A stretch of 64,000 bases of DNA from an uncultured Sporosarcina sp. (GCA_948469885.1 CAOKMT010000001.1:86187-150186); one strand, 5' to 3'. Positions 27,704-38,997 are shown, counted from the stretch's first letter. Notes: a model not told the origin generated them from the sequence alone. A program made the numbers and translations.

Positions 27704-28924
27704 TTGTTTATGACGACATTGAAAAATGACACTGAACATTCCATCTCGTTGCCGAAAGTGTGGGTCGTCCTATTACTGGGATCGCTCACTGCTTTCGGTC
27801 CGCTGTCCATGGATATGTATTTACCTGCATTGCCGACAGTTGCTGTCGATTTGCAAACGTCGACATCGCTTGCGCAATTAAGTTTAACTGCATGTTTATT
27901 GGGGTTGGCACTCGGGCAGCTTATTTTCGGCCCTTTAAGTGATATTCGTGGAAGACGTCGTCCGCTCGTCTTTACATTGATCACTTATGCAGTCGCATCC
28001 ATCTTATGTGCGTTCAGCACGCATATTTGGGTCTTTATCGGTTTGCGATTTGTCCAAGGGTTAACGGGCGCGGCTGGAATTGTTATTGCGCGGGCGTCCG
28101 CACGTGATATGTATATGGGGCATGACTTAACAAAGTTTATGGCACTGCTTGCACTTGTCAATGGGGCGGCACCCATTCTTGCGCCGATTTTTGGTGGGGC
28201 TATCTTAAAATTTGCTCCGTGGACAGCCGTTTTTCTTACGTTAGCCGTTATCGGATTTGTTATGTTTTTGGCTGTCACATTTTTTCTCCCGGAGACATTG
28301 CCGGTGGAAAAAAGATCCGATGGTAATATGCTAACTGTTGTGAAAACGTTTGGCGGGCTGATAAAAGACCGTACTTTCATGGGGATCGCTTTTACACAAG
28401 CATTCGTCATGACAAGCATGTTCGCTTATATCGCAGGTTCACCTTTCGTGTTACAGAACTTGTATAGCGTAACGCCCCAACAGTTTTCCTTGTTCTTTGC
28501 ACTCAATGGGGTGGGAATTATTATTGCGGCTCAGGTGACGGGGAGGTTGTCAAGCACAGTCGGGGAAGTGCCTTTATTGCGCATTGGCGTCTTAATGTCT
28601 TTTGTCGGTAGCCTTTTTCTCCTCTTCGTCATTTGGCAAGGGTTGTCATTGACCTTCATGGCAATCGCTTTATTTTTTGTCGTTTCCAGTGTCGGTATGG
28701 TATCGACTTCCTCCTTTTCTCTTGCGATGCAAAGTCAAGGGAAATCGGCGGGCAGTGCCTCGGCTTTTCTCGGCTTACTACCTTTTGTCGGTGGCGCGAT
28801 CGCTTCTCCGCTCGTCGGGATTGCGGGAGACCAAACGGCTTGGCCGATGGGAATCTTAATTATTATTTGTAGCAGCATTGCTTTTGTGTCTTTTATCTTG
28901 GGGACTGGAAAAAAGACTGTTTGA
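27704..28924 (+). CDS. Bcr/CflA family MFS efflux transporter
   Basis: PLSMDMYLPALP, GPLSD..GRRRP, LPETL. Confidence 0.9.
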   Translation: MFMTTLKNDTEHSISLPKVWVVLLLGSLTAFGPLSMDMYLPALPTVAVDLQTSTSLAQLSLTACLLGLALGQLIFGPLSDIRGRRRPLVFTLITYAVASILCAFSTHIWVFIGLRFVQGLTGAAGIVIARASARDMYMGHDLTKFMALLALVNGAAPILAPIFGGAILKFAPWTAVFLTLAVIGFVMFLAVTFFLPETLPVEKRSDGNMLTVVKTFGGLIKDRTFMGIAFTQAFVMTSMFAYIAGSPFVLQNLYSVTPQQFSLFFALNGVGIIIAAQVTGRLSSTVGEVPLLRIGVLMSFVGSLFLLFVIWQGLSLTFMAIALFFVVSSVGMVSTSSFSLAMQSQGKSAGSASAFLGLLPFVGGAIASPLVGIAGDQTAWPMGILIIICSSIAFVSFILGTGKKTV

Positions 28925-29173
28925 ATATGCTGGTTGAAAGCGCCGTGCTATCACGTTGGTGAACCGAGTAAGATAACGTTGTTCACTCCTCATCTAGCAT
29001 CTTCGCTTTACTACATATTTGATGTATAATAATAGCGGATTATTAAAACCTTACTATATTTGTTGAATATGTGAATATTCATGGGTTATTCGAGCGTAGG
29101 CGTCTTCTTTGGCGTCGTCCGTGGGTGACTGATATTCAACTTATATAGTTCTTAGAGAATGAAAGGCGGATGA

Positions 29174-30562
29174 ATGATGGAATACCGTATTGAACACGAC
29201 ACGTTTGGAGAAATCAAAGTACCTGCGGACAAGTTATGGGGCGCACAAACGCAACGAAGCAAACAAAACTTTAAAATCGGTGGGGAAAAGATGCCACTCG
29301 GCGTCGTTCGCGCATTTGCTCATTTGAAAAAATCTGCGGCTATTGCAAGCCATGCATTTGGCAATCTTTCTGAAGTGAAAATGAAAGCCATTTCTGGCGC
29401 AGCTGATGATGTGCTCGCTGGGAAATTGGACGATCATTTCCCGCTTGTCGTTTGGCAAACTGGAAGTGGTACACAGTCGAATATGAATATGAACGAAGTA
29501 CTTGCGAACCGTGGAAATGAGCTTTTAGAAGCGTGGGGAGAAGAAGAGCGTCTTCACCCAAACGACGATGTCAATAAATCGCAAAGTTCGAACGATACAT
29601 TCCCAACGGCATTGCATGTTGCAGGCGTCATTGCTGTTCAAGAGCAACTTCTTCCGGCATTAAATAAATTGAAGTCAACATTCGGAGAGAAGTCGAAAGC
29701 CTTCGAAGATATCATTAAAATTGGTCGTACGCACTTACAAGACGCAACGCCGTTAACACTCGGTCAAGAAATTAGCGGCTGGTACCGTATGTTGGAGAAA
29801 ACCGAGAAAATGCTTGTTGAAAGTGTCGAGTCGATGAAAGAATTGGCGATCGGTGGTACAGCGGTCGGAACGGGATTGAACGCACCGGCAGGCTTCGGTG
29901 ACCGTGTGGCGGCTGAAATTAGCAGTGCGGTCGGTATTGAATTCACATCGGCGAAAAACAAGTTCCATTCACTTACGAGCTATGACGAAGTCGTTTATGT
30001 TCACGGGGCGGTTAAAGCGCTTGCGGCGGACATTATGAAAATTGCCAACGACGTCCGTTGGTTGGCGAGCGGTCCACGTTCAGGGATCGGCGAAATTTCG
30101 ATCCCGGAAAACGAGCCGGGTAGTTCGATCATGCCTGGAAAAGTGAATCCGACGCAGAGTGAAGCGATTACGATGGTTGCTGCCCAAGTGATGGGGAACG
30201 ATGCAACAATCGGTTTTGCGGCGAGCCAAGGAAATTTTGAGTTGAATGTTTTCAAGCCGGTCATTATTTACAACTTCTTGCAATCCGTTCAATTGTTGGG
30301 CGATGCAATGATCAGCTTCAATGATAATTGTGCGGTGGGGATTGAGCCAAACCGTGAAAAGATCAACAACTTGCTCGAAAACTCACTGATGCTTGTCACA
30401 GCGTTGAACCCGTATATCGGTTATGAAAATGCGGCGAAAATCGCGAAAATGGCGCACGCAGAAGGAACAACATTGAAAGAAGCCGCATTGAAATCCGGAC
30501 TCTTGACAGAAGAACAATTCGACGAGTATGTCGTTCCTTCAAAAATGATCGGTAATTCATAA
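29174..30562 (+). CDS. fumC: Class II fumarate hydratase
   Basis: [42 protein letters not shown]. Confidence 0.97.
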   Translation: MMEYRIEHDTFGEIKVPADKLWGAQTQRSKQNFKIGGEKMPLGVVRAFAHLKKSAAIASHAFGNLSEVKMKAISGAADDVLAGKLDDHFPLVVWQTGSGTQSNMNMNEVLANRGNELLEAWGEEERLHPNDDVNKSQSSNDTFPTALHVAGVIAVQEQLLPALNKLKSTFGEKSKAFEDIIKIGRTHLQDATPLTLGQEISGWYRMLEKTEKMLVESVESMKELAIGGTAVGTGLNAPAGFGDRVAAEISSAVGIEFTSAKNKFHSLTSYDEVVYVHGAVKALAADIMKIANDVRWLASGPRSGIGEISIPENEPGSSIMPGKVNPTQSEAITMVAAQVMGNDATIGFAASQGNFELNVFKPVIIYNFLQSVQLLGDAMISFNDNCAVGIEPNREKINNLLENSLMLVTALNPYIGYENAAKIAKMAHAEGTTLKEAALKSGLLTEEQFDEYVVPSKMIGNS

Positions 30563-30645
30563 GATTGTTCACAGGTTTGTGCATGTTTTCGACTCCCGAG
30601 TCTGCTACAGTGAAAGTAATAAGCTGTGGAAAGGTGTAGATACGC

Positions 30646-31128
30646 TTGAAAAAACGGGTGGTATATATTGTTTTGACGGCATTGCTCCTGTTGGCGGCAT
30701 GCGGTAAAGAATCGCAAGGTTTGAAAGTCGGGGAACAAGAGCATTTGCCGAACGGTGATTTACGAGAAGTGACTGCTTCGGCCGATACGCTGCCATCATT
30801 TCTGGATGATAAACCTGAAGATATGAGGCTCATCTATCAAGTTGCTGGACGAGCGACAGAAATTATTGAGTGGATGCCTTGTTATTGTGGGTGTGGCGAA
30901 AGTGCAGACCATGAGAGTAACATGAACTGTTTTATCGATGAAATGAGGGACGATGGTACGGTCGTTTGGAATGATCATAGCACGCGTTGCCAAGTTTGCT
31001 TGGATATCGCAGTGAATTCGGTGTACATGACTCAAGAAGGAAAGTCGCTTGAAGAGATTAGAAAAACGATCGATGAAACCTATAAAGAAGGGTACGCGGA
31101 ACCAACGAATACGCCAATGCCTTCATAA
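30646..31128 (+). CDS. PCYCGC-motif lipoprotein
   Basis: Lipobox LAAC; PCYCGC..H...CF..WNDH..C..C. Confidence 0.85.
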   Translation: MKKRVVYIVLTALLLLAACGKESQGLKVGEQEHLPNGDLREVTASADTLPSFLDDKPEDMRLIYQVAGRATEIIEWMPCYCGCGESADHESNMNCFIDEMRDDGTVVWNDHSTRCQVCLDIAVNSVYMTQEGKSLEEIRKTIDETYKEGYAEPTNTPMPS

Positions 31129-31136
31129 CAATGTGA

Positions 31137-31171
31137 AAATGCGGACACGATTTATGTGTCTGCATTTTTTT
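31137..31171 (+). terminator. Terminator; carries left copy of 18-bp direct repeat
   Basis: AAATGCGGACAC / GTGTCTGCATTTTTTT. Confidence 0.75.
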
Positions 31172-31192
31172 GTTTTTTACGCACGCAATAAC

Positions 31193-31241
31193 TTGACTAT
31201 TATGTTTGAGTAGAACATAATTATGTTTAAAGGTAACATAA
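31193..31241 (+). promoter_or_regulatory. SigA promoter overlapped by tandem DeoR-type operators
   Basis: TTGACT-17 bp-CATAAT; two TTATGTT-N7-AACATAA palindromes at 31200 and 31221. Confidence 0.75.
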
Positions 31242-31285
31242 TTGCTGTTTTTCATTCACAATTGAAAGAGGGGGAGGCCTGTTTC

Positions 31286-32044
31286 ATGTCTCCGCAAGAA
31301 AGAAGAAAACGGATTATTGAATTGATTGAAAAGGATGGAAAAGTCGAAATAGTCAAACTGTCGGAAGCGCTCGCGGTTACACCGATGACGATTCGGCGAG
31401 ACTTTGATGTTTTAGAAAGACAGAAGAAGTTGATCCGGACGCATGGCGGGGCAGTTGCACCACAAGTGCTTGTCGTTGAACAAACTTTTCAGTCGAAAGC
31501 GGAAAAAGCGATCTCGGAAAAAAAAGCGATCGCACGCGAAGCGGTCACGTTTGTTCGTGACGGGATGACGGTACTATTGGACTCGGGAACGACGACATTG
31601 GAAATTGCGAAGTTATTAAAGAAATTCAATTCTCTTTCCGTCATTACAAATGATATTAAAATTGCTGTTGAATTGATGGACAGTCCATTGGAGATCATTG
31701 TGCTCGGCGGGCGGCTCCAAACGGATGTAGGTGCCTTATTCGGATCGATTGCAAAAGAAACATTAAAGAACATCCATGTAGACCTATTATTCCTCGGCGC
31801 GCCGGCGGTTCATGCATCATTCGGTATTACGGCGCCGACAATTGAGAAAGCTGCCTTGAAGCGGGAGATGAATAAAACAGCTGCCCAAATCATGCTTGTT
31901 GCGGATTCATCGAAATTTAACCGGAAGGCTTTTTCAAAAGTATGCGGCTTGGAAGATGTGACGACAATTATTACAGACGCGTATCTTTCTGAAGAATTGA
32001 AAGAGGAATATGGAGAGTTTGTAGATATAATACTTGCAGAGTAG
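31286..32044 (+). CDS. DeoR/GlpR family regulator
   Basis: VTPMTIRRD, RTHGGA, LDSGTT, ADSSKF. Confidence 0.92.
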   Translation: MSPQERRKRIIELIEKDGKVEIVKLSEALAVTPMTIRRDFDVLERQKKLIRTHGGAVAPQVLVVEQTFQSKAEKAISEKKAIAREAVTFVRDGMTVLLDSGTTTLEIAKLLKKFNSLSVITNDIKIAVELMDSPLEIIVLGGRLQTDVGALFGSIAKETLKNIHVDLLFLGAPAVHASFGITAPTIEKAALKREMNKTAAQIMLVADSSKFNRKAFSKVCGLEDVTTIITDAYLSEELKEEYGEFVDIILAE

Positions 32045-32053
32045 GTGTGGAAA

Positions 32054-33367
32054 GTGAAAATAGGCATTATAGCGGACGATTTAACAGGCGCCAATTTGAC
32101 AGGTGCAAGTCTTGCGAAGGCTGGGTTTGCTAGTGCGACCATTGTGTTCGGCGGGGAAGTACCAGCGGTCAATGATTTCACTTCCATTTGCGTCGATACC
32201 GACAGCCGGTACGCGCCGGTGGAAGTTGCAAAAGAACGAGTCACAGCGACATACACCCAATTGCGCAGTTGGGGGGCGGATATTATTGCCAAACGTATCG
32301 ATAGTACGATCCGGGGAAATCTAGGCTCGGAAATTGATGCCCTACTTGAAGCGATGGGGGATGAAAGTGTTGCGATTGTCGTCGCATCCTATCCCGATTC
32401 GGGGCGTGTCACATCGGGCGGTTACTTATTGGTCGAAGGCGTGCCAGTTCAGGAAACGGGCGTTGCAAAAGATCCGATGAACCCGATTACAAAGTCGTAC
32501 ATCCCAACAGTGATTGCGGAACAGAGCCGGTTTGAAATCGGGCATATCGGTTTGAGCGATGTGTTGGAAGGGAAAACTGCCATTATTCCGAAGATGCGTT
32601 CATTGATCGAACAGAATAAACGCATCATTGTCCTCGATGCGGTAACGAATGAGGATATCGATCAGATCGCGGAGGCGATGGCTGATGTGCAGGATCGGAT
32701 TCTGTTTCCGGTCGATTCGGGACCTTTATCTACGACTTACGCACGTGTGAAGACTGTCCAAAATACGCATACCCGTAAATATATCGTGACAGTCGGTAGT
32801 GTAACAAGTCAAACAGGGCGCCAACTACAATATTTGATCGACAAGACGGATGCAGATCCTGTCTATGTCGACGCAGAAAAACTGGCGACCGTGACAGGTG
32901 GTTGGGAACAAGAGGTCAATCGTGCCACGCAGGATGCACTGAAGAAGTTGAAAGATCAGGAAATTTTAATTGTGACGACGCATTCGCCGACATCGAAAAT
33001 ATTGCCGTTGCCGGAAATCGCCTTGAAAGAAAATGTCACTGAGGAAACGTTGGCGAAACGGATTACGACCGGGCTGGCGAAGGTGACGCATAATGTCATT
33101 TCAAACAGTGATATGCCGATCAGCGGCACGTTTTCAAGTGGTGGAGACGTCACAGCGGCGTTGTTTGCTGAAAGTAAGGCGCAGGCGATTCGACTCGATG
33201 ATGAAGTTGTGCCGCGGGCAGCGTATGGGAAATTTATAGGCGGCACTTTTGATGGCATTCCGGTTGTGACAAAAGGCGGAACAGTCGGGGACAAGTACAC
33301 GATTCATAAATGTATTACTTATTTACAAGCCAAAAACTACGAAGGAAGTGTTCAAGATGACAAATGA
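32054..33367 (+). CDS. Four-carbon acid sugar kinase (DUF1537, DtnK/DenK-like)
   Basis: [33 protein letters not shown]. Confidence 0.9.
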   Translation: MKIGIIADDLTGANLTGASLAKAGFASATIVFGGEVPAVNDFTSICVDTDSRYAPVEVAKERVTATYTQLRSWGADIIAKRIDSTIRGNLGSEIDALLEAMGDESVAIVVASYPDSGRVTSGGYLLVEGVPVQETGVAKDPMNPITKSYIPTVIAEQSRFEIGHIGLSDVLEGKTAIIPKMRSLIEQNKRIIVLDAVTNEDIDQIAEAMADVQDRILFPVDSGPLSTTYARVKTVQNTHTRKYIVTVGSVTSQTGRQLQYLIDKTDADPVYVDAEKLATVTGGWEQEVNRATQDALKKLKDQEILIVTTHSPTSKILPLPEIALKENVTEETLAKRITTGLAKVTHNVISNSDMPISGTFSSGGDVTAALFAESKAQAIRLDDEVVPRAAYGKFIGGTFDGIPVVTKGGTVGDKYTIHKCITYLQAKNYEGSVQDDK

Positions 33368-34370
33368 ACGTAAAATTATTGCTATTCCGATGGGAGACGC
33401 AGCGGGGATTGGTCCTGAAATCACGGTGAAGTCATTAGCGAAAGAAGAAATTTATAATATGTGTTACCCGCTCGTTGTCGGGGACGCGGAAGTTATTGAG
33501 AAGGCAATCGGCGTTACAGAAGTCGGTTTGAAAGTGAATGTCGTCGCTTCACCTGCTGAGGGGAAATATGAGTTCGGAACGATCGACGTGTTGGATATGG
33601 ACAATATCGATATCAACGAACTCCAACCGGGAGAGGTGCAAGCCCAATGCGGTCAAGCTTCTTTCGACTATATCGAAAAATCGGTGAAACTCGCGATGGA
33701 CGGGGAAGTCGCTGCTTTAGCGACAACACCGATCAACAAAGAATCCTTAAAGGCTGCGAAAGTGCCATATATCGGTCATACAGAAATGCTTGAAGAGTTA
33801 GGGAATGCACCAGATCCATTGACGATGTTCCAAGTGAATGGCATGCGTATCTTCTTCTTGACGCGCCATGTATCTGTCAAAGAGGCGATTTCCCAAATGA
33901 CGAAAGAGCGTGTGCATGACTACTTGATCCGCTGTGATCAGGCATTGCAACGTTTAGGTGTCGAGAATCGTAAACTCGCTGTTGCAGGATTGAATCCGCA
34001 TAGTGGAGAAGGCGGTTTATTCGGTAGAGAGGAAATCGATGAAATCGCACCAGGAATCGAAGCTGCGAAAAAAGACGGTATCGATGCATACGGGCCTGTA
34101 CCGGCAGACTCTGTATTCTTCCAAGCATTGAACGGAAAATACGATGCGGTGCTCTCTCTTTATCATGACCAAGGGCATATTGCAGCGAAAATGACTGATT
34201 TCCACCGGACGATTTCAATTACGAATGGTTTACCATTCCTACGTACTTCTGTCGACCACGGAACAGCATTTGATATTGCATGGAAAAACATCGCGGCAAG
34301 CGTCAGCATGGAAGAGTGCATTAAACTCGCTGCCGAGTATGCACCGAAATTTACACGTGAATCTCTGTAA
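33357..34370 (+). CDS. pdxA: PdxA2-type D-threonate/erythronate 4-phosphate dehydrogenase
   Basis: [44 protein letters not shown]; coupled to DUF1537 kinase. Confidence 0.9.
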   Translation: MTNERKIIAIPMGDAAGIGPEITVKSLAKEEIYNMCYPLVVGDAEVIEKAIGVTEVGLKVNVVASPAEGKYEFGTIDVLDMDNIDINELQPGEVQAQCGQASFDYIEKSVKLAMDGEVAALATTPINKESLKAAKVPYIGHTEMLEELGNAPDPLTMFQVNGMRIFFLTRHVSVKEAISQMTKERVHDYLIRCDQALQRLGVENRKLAVAGLNPHSGEGGLFGREEIDEIAPGIEAAKKDGIDAYGPVPADSVFFQALNGKYDAVLSLYHDQGHIAAKMTDFHRTISITNGLPFLRTSVDHGTAFDIAWKNIAASVSMEECIKLAAEYAPKFTRESL

Positions 34371-34385
34371 GTAGGAAATAGATAT

Positions 34386-34414
34386 GGTGAAGGAAGTCTC
34401 TTCCTTCACCTTTT
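34386..34414 (+). terminator. Internal terminator-like hairpin before permease
   Basis: GGTGAAGGAAG / CTTCCTTCACC + TTTT. Confidence 0.6.
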
Positions 34415-34438
34415 ATGTGAGTGAGGAGGGAAAATGAA

Positions 34439-35809
34439 ATGACACCAGAAACACAAGTTATTCTTGGCCTTGTCCTTGGCGTTGCTACGCTGATCCTACT
34501 CGTTTTAAAAACGAAAATACACGCCTTTTTAGCAATTATCATAGCGGCATCCATGACAGGCTTGATAGGCGGAATGGATCCGGTGCTTGTCGCATCGACC
34601 ATTTCAAGTGGATTTGGAAGCACCCTTGGTTCCATCGGAATCGTCGTTGGATTCGGGGTAATGATCGGAAGGATTTTGGAAGTGTCCGGAGCGGCGGAAC
34701 GGCTCGCTTATACGCTCATCCGCTTCGTCGGAAAAAAGAAGGAAGAATGGGCGATGGCCATAGCGGGGTATATCGTCTCAATCCCGATATTTGTTGACTC
34801 TGCATTCGTCATCTTAAACCCATTGGTGAAAGCCCTTTCCAGAAAAACTGGAAAATCGGTCATCACACTAGGAGTGGCACTCGCGGTCGGATTAGCCGCA
34901 ACGCACCATGCAGTACCTCCTACTCCAGGTCCACTCGGAGTTGCAGGAATCTTCGATGTAGATATCGGGTTGATGATCATGTGGGGCCTGTTGTTTTCGA
35001 TCCCGATTATCATTTCAGGTGTGATGTATGCGAAGTGGGTCGGAAAGAGGATTTATCAAATTCCGACGGAGGATGGACTTGATTTCGAGCGTCCAGACGC
35101 CCACTTGGCTTATCAAGAGTTTATTCAATTATCTGACGAGAGAAGCAAAGAACTTCCTTCGTTATTCCGTTCGATGTTGCCGATTTTATTGCCGATCGTG
35201 CTCATTTTCTTGAATACGACATTAGTGGCACTGGATGTTAGTGGTGGCTGGGTCGACTATGTCCTATTTTTAGGACAACCGATCATTGCGGTCGGTTTGG
35301 CATTAGTGGCGGCGATTTACGCCCTAGCAGGTCATATGAAACGTGAAGAAGCATTGGAGCGCATGGAAGAAGGCATGGTGACAGCGGGAATCATTTTACT
35401 CGTGACGGGTGCAGGTGGTGCTCTCGGTGAAGTATTGCGGGAAAGTGGTGCGGGGGATTATATCGCACAACAAGTGGCGACGCTTCCGTTACCGGCAATT
35501 TTGGTCCCTTTCTTTATCGCTACATTTGTGCGGTTAGTGCAAGGAAGTGGTACAGTTGCGATGATTACAGCCGCTTCGATTTCAGCACCGATTGTCATGA
35601 ATTTGGACGTGAACATGGCGCTTGCCGCGCAAGCAGCGGCATTAGGAGCGATGATTTTCTCTTACTTCAATGACAGCTTGTTCTGGGTAGTAAACCGGAT
35701 GCTCGGCGTCAAAGAAGTGAAGGAACAGATTATGGTTTGGTCGGTTCCGACAACGATTGCGTGGGGCGTTTCGCTCGTTTCGTTGCTCATTGCAAATATG
35801 TTTGTTTGA
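34439..35809 (+). CDS. GntP-family sugar-acid permease
   Basis: IPIFVDSAF, VPPTPGP, QGSGTVA, NDSLFW. Confidence 0.92.
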   Translation: MTPETQVILGLVLGVATLILLVLKTKIHAFLAIIIAASMTGLIGGMDPVLVASTISSGFGSTLGSIGIVVGFGVMIGRILEVSGAAERLAYTLIRFVGKKKEEWAMAIAGYIVSIPIFVDSAFVILNPLVKALSRKTGKSVITLGVALAVGLAATHHAVPPTPGPLGVAGIFDVDIGLMIMWGLLFSIPIIISGVMYAKWVGKRIYQIPTEDGLDFERPDAHLAYQEFIQLSDERSKELPSLFRSMLPILLPIVLIFLNTTLVALDVSGGWVDYVLFLGQPIIAVGLALVAAIYALAGHMKREEALERMEEGMVTAGIILLVTGAGGALGEVLRESGAGDYIAQQVATLPLPAILVPFFIATFVRLVQGSGTVAMITAASISAPIVMNLDVNMALAAQAAALGAMIFSYFNDSLFWVVNRMLGVKEVKEQIMVWSVPTTIAWGVSLVSLLIANMFV

Positions 35810-35820
35810 GGGAAGTAAAG

Positions 35821-35854
35821 AAAGTGCAGGCACATGATGTGTCTGCATTTTTTT
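35821..35854 (+). terminator. Terminator; carries right copy of 18-bp direct repeat
   Basis: TGCAGGCACAT / ATGTGTCTGCATTTTTTT. Confidence 0.75.
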
Positions 35855-36125
35855 AATGATTGAACTATTTATGTCCGACGCGTGACCGTCAGGCCTACTA
35901 CAAAGCGTGCGCTTGAAGCTGAAATCAACGTATCCTCGTTTTCCCTTTTTTTAGAAGTGATCTTATGCACGGGAAAAGTGCAAAAGCCTTTAATTATATT
36001 AGGAAAATAATGCTTAACTTAAAACGGTACTCACAAAAGCTTGACTCAGTCGCAGATACTCGATGACCAAAAGTCCTCAGTAGATTATGGTATAATTTCT
36101 GATAATGATAGATGGAGGGATGACG

Positions 36126-36800
36126 ATGAGCGACTTAGCCAAGGTTCCGTTTGTTATGTCTTGGAGTGGCGGGAAAGATTCGGCAATGGCGTATTACCGG
36201 GCAATCAAAGCAGGAGCTGTGCCGAAACGGATATGGACAATGTTTGAAGAAGATGAAGAACGTTCAAAATCGCACGCACTTCCATTGAAAATTGTTGAAG
36301 CACAAGCAAGTCGGCTTGGCGTTCCGCTAATGATCCGTGGCGCTGATTGGAAGGGCTATCAGGAGCAGTTTGTAGATGCGATGGAAGAATGTATGAAGGC
36401 GGGTATCCAGCATGGCGTTTTTGGCGATATCGACCTTGTAGATCATTTGAAGTGGGTACAGGAAACATGTGCAAAAGTAGGGATGACCGCAGTGCATCCG
36501 TTATGGATGGAACCGCGAAGGAGCATATTAGAAGAATTCGTAACAGCCGGTTTCGAAGCCTATGTGGTCGTCGTCAACACGAAAATGATGCCTGCCCGAT
36601 TCATAGGTAGCCGATTCTCGATTGAATTAATGGACGAATTGGAGGCGCTTGGCATTGACTCATGCGGGGAATCCGGGGAATTCCATACAGTCGTCGTTGA
36701 CGGTCCGATTTTTAGTGAGCGCGTACCGATTGTGTTTTCGGGGCAACATGAACGGGATGGGTATGTATTTTTGGATGTTGGACTGGCAGACGAATCTTAA
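36126..36800 (+). CDS. Dph6/MJ0570-like PP-loop ATPase
   Basis: SWSGGKDS, VFGDID, HPLW, CGESGEFHT.V.DGP.F. Confidence 0.85.
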   Translation: MSDLAKVPFVMSWSGGKDSAMAYYRAIKAGAVPKRIWTMFEEDEERSKSHALPLKIVEAQASRLGVPLMIRGADWKGYQEQFVDAMEECMKAGIQHGVFGDIDLVDHLKWVQETCAKVGMTAVHPLWMEPRRSILEEFVTAGFEAYVVVVNTKMMPARFIGSRFSIELMDELEALGIDSCGESGEFHTVVVDGPIFSERVPIVFSGQHERDGYVFLDVGLADES

Positions 36801-36949
36801 AATATGCAAACTGTTCATAGTACCTCACGTGAACAGTTTTTTATTTGAATACTTTTGTGCAATGAAAAATTAAAACCAATACCAAATTTCTGCAATTCAG
36901 TTAGTATAATTGTTAGTAGTGGAAGTACTTGGAAAAGGGGATTCGTGTT

Positions 36950-37975
36950 ATGTCACTCACTTTTGTAAATGCCGAAAAACATATAAACGATACAATTGTT
37001 TTTCCTGCATTTGACTTATCGGTGAAAGCGGGATGTATTACAGCCATTCATTCCAGTGTGAATGTTCGTGCGCAGTTAATTGATCTACTTATTGGAAACA
37101 CACTTCTTTCGAATGGGAACATTCAAGTTGGAAAGGATGATATTAGAAATGGTATTCGAAATATTGGATTTCTTTTTCTGGAGGACGGACTTTATGATAG
37201 GTTATCAGTAGAGGAAATGTTATTTTTTTACAAAAGACTATATGATACTGATTTACTTGTCAATGAATCAATGAGAAAAATCCAATTGGATACAAAGAGA
37301 AAAACAAAGATTGGCCAGCTTTCCTACTCCGAAAAAAAGCGGGTACAGTTTGCTTGTTTACTTCTGCAAAATCCGGATGTGTATCTTCTTGAAGAATTCG
37401 ATCAAAACCTTGATATGGAATCTAAAAAAATTGTTCTACTCTTACTTCAACAACTTCGAAGTGAGGGGAAAAGTATTGTAATGTTAACTGGCAATATGGA
37501 AAGTGCTGTAATCGCGGCGGATGAAATTTACCGATTGGACGACCAAGGGTTGCATCAGGTTCAACTGGAAACGGATATGGAAGAAGAGGGAATGAAAGAT
37601 GACGTATCGAAAGCAGCGGATCTTGTCCAACCTGTTCGTTTCGAAAAGATCCCTACAAAAGTCAATGAAAAAATCGTTTTGTTCGACCCACCGGAAATCG
37701 ATTATATCGAAAGTAATGATGGGCAATCTTTTATACATATTAAAGGGGAGTCATTTGTGAGCCCATTCACATTAAAAGAATTGGAGGAGCGTCTCCTTCC
37801 ATTCGGATTCTTCCGAAGTCATCGCTCGTATATCGTTAATTTACAGAAGGTTCGTGAAGTAATTACGTGGACTCGAAATAGTTTCAGTCTCGTTTTAGAT
37901 GATAGTGAAAAGTCTACGATCCCTCTATCAAAAACGAAGATGGCGGAATTGAAGAATATGCTAGGTTTCAAATAA
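36950..37975 (+). CDS. Degenerate ABC-ATPase domain fused to C-terminal LytTR DNA-binding domain
   Basis: LSYSEKKR, LLEEFDQNLD (ABC relics, no Walker A); IDYIES, TLKELEERL, FFRSHRSYIVNL (LytTR). Confidence 0.85.
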   Translation: MSLTFVNAEKHINDTIVFPAFDLSVKAGCITAIHSSVNVRAQLIDLLIGNTLLSNGNIQVGKDDIRNGIRNIGFLFLEDGLYDRLSVEEMLFFYKRLYDTDLLVNESMRKIQLDTKRKTKIGQLSYSEKKRVQFACLLLQNPDVYLLEEFDQNLDMESKKIVLLLLQQLRSEGKSIVMLTGNMESAVIAADEIYRLDDQGLHQVQLETDMEEEGMKDDVSKAADLVQPVRFEKIPTKVNEKIVLFDPPEIDYIESNDGQSFIHIKGESFVSPFTLKELEERLLPFGFFRSHRSYIVNLQKVREVITWTRNSFSLVLDDSEKSTIPLSKTKMAELKNMLGFK

Positions 37976-38148
37976 TGACAATTGACGACTTATTTCCCGG
38001 GGAATTTCATAGAAAACTATAATCGTCTTGTTTATTCACCATAGCCTATTCACCATTTAACCCCCAAAAAACTCTTTTCGTCCAATATACAATGCTTTCC
38101 ATAAGAAATCCCCGTAATCTTAAGTCATCAGCGTTTAGGAGGATGATG

Positions 38149-38997
38149 ATGGGAAATATCATTGAAGTGAAATCATTGGAAAAGATTTTTGCGAACAAGT
38201 CAGCAATTGAAAGCGTCGACTTTACTGTGAAGAAAGGGGAGATATTCGGTTTTCTTGGTCCTAGTGGATCTGGGAAAACAACGACGATTAAAATTTTGAC
38301 AGGTCAATTGAATCCGACTAGCGGGATGGCCAAAGTTTTTGGGGAGCCTGTTTCTAAATTGAAAAATCCAGAATACCGTCAACGTTTCGGTGTACTGACA
38401 GATAACAGCGGGTTGTATAGTAGATTGTCTATTTACGACAATTTAAAACTGTATTGCAAACTATATGATGCACCACTGTCAAAAATTGACGAAGTGCTTG
38501 CGATTGTCAATTTAAATGAAGCAAAGCTTAAAAAGGTTTCGACGCTTTCCAAAGGGATGATGCAACGTGTGACCCTTGCACGTGCCTTAATACATGAACC
38601 AGAACTATTGTTCTTAGATGAGCCAACTTCCGCACTTGATCCGACAAACTCGCTTCATATCCATGAAGGACTACGGGCTCTTAATGCGAAAGGAACGACG
38701 ATTTTTTTAACGACACATGACATGCAGGAAGCGGATACATTATGTGATCGCATTGCATTTTTAAATCGAGGAAAAATCCAGTTACTAGATACGCCAAATA
38801 AATTAAAACAGAGCTATACAAATTCGACGATGACAGTTGAACTAACAAGTGGTGAAAAAGTGACGCTGCCAACAGGTGCCGATGGGGCACACGAATTATT
38901 CGCTTATATGAAAGCGGAGGAAATTGTGACGATTCACTCGAATGAACCAACATTGGGAGAAGTTTTTGTACAAGTGACAGGGAGGAAATTGGCATGA
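38149..38997 (+). CDS. ABC exporter ATPase
   Basis: GPSGSGKTT, LSKGM, LDEPT, TTHDM. Confidence 0.92.
   Translation: MGNIIEVKSLEKIFANKSAIESVDFTVKKGEIFGFLGPSGSGKTTTIKILTGQLNPTSGMAKVFGEPVSKLKNPEYRQRFGVLTDNSGLYSRLSIYDNLKLYCKLYDAPLSKIDEVLAIVNLNEAKLKKVSTLSKGMMQRVTLARALIHEPELLFLDEPTSALDPTNSLHIHEGLRALNAKGTTIFLTTHDMQEADTLCDRIAFLNRGKIQLLDTPNKLKQSYTNSTMTVELTSGEKVTLPTGADGAHELFAYMKAEEIVTIHSNEPTLGEVFVQVTGRKLA

Noticed and set aside
33357-34370. Vitamin B6 biosynthesis role for pdxA
   Set aside because: Context (DUF1537 kinase, GntP permease, DeoR) indicates catabolic PdxA2; no pdxJ in the window
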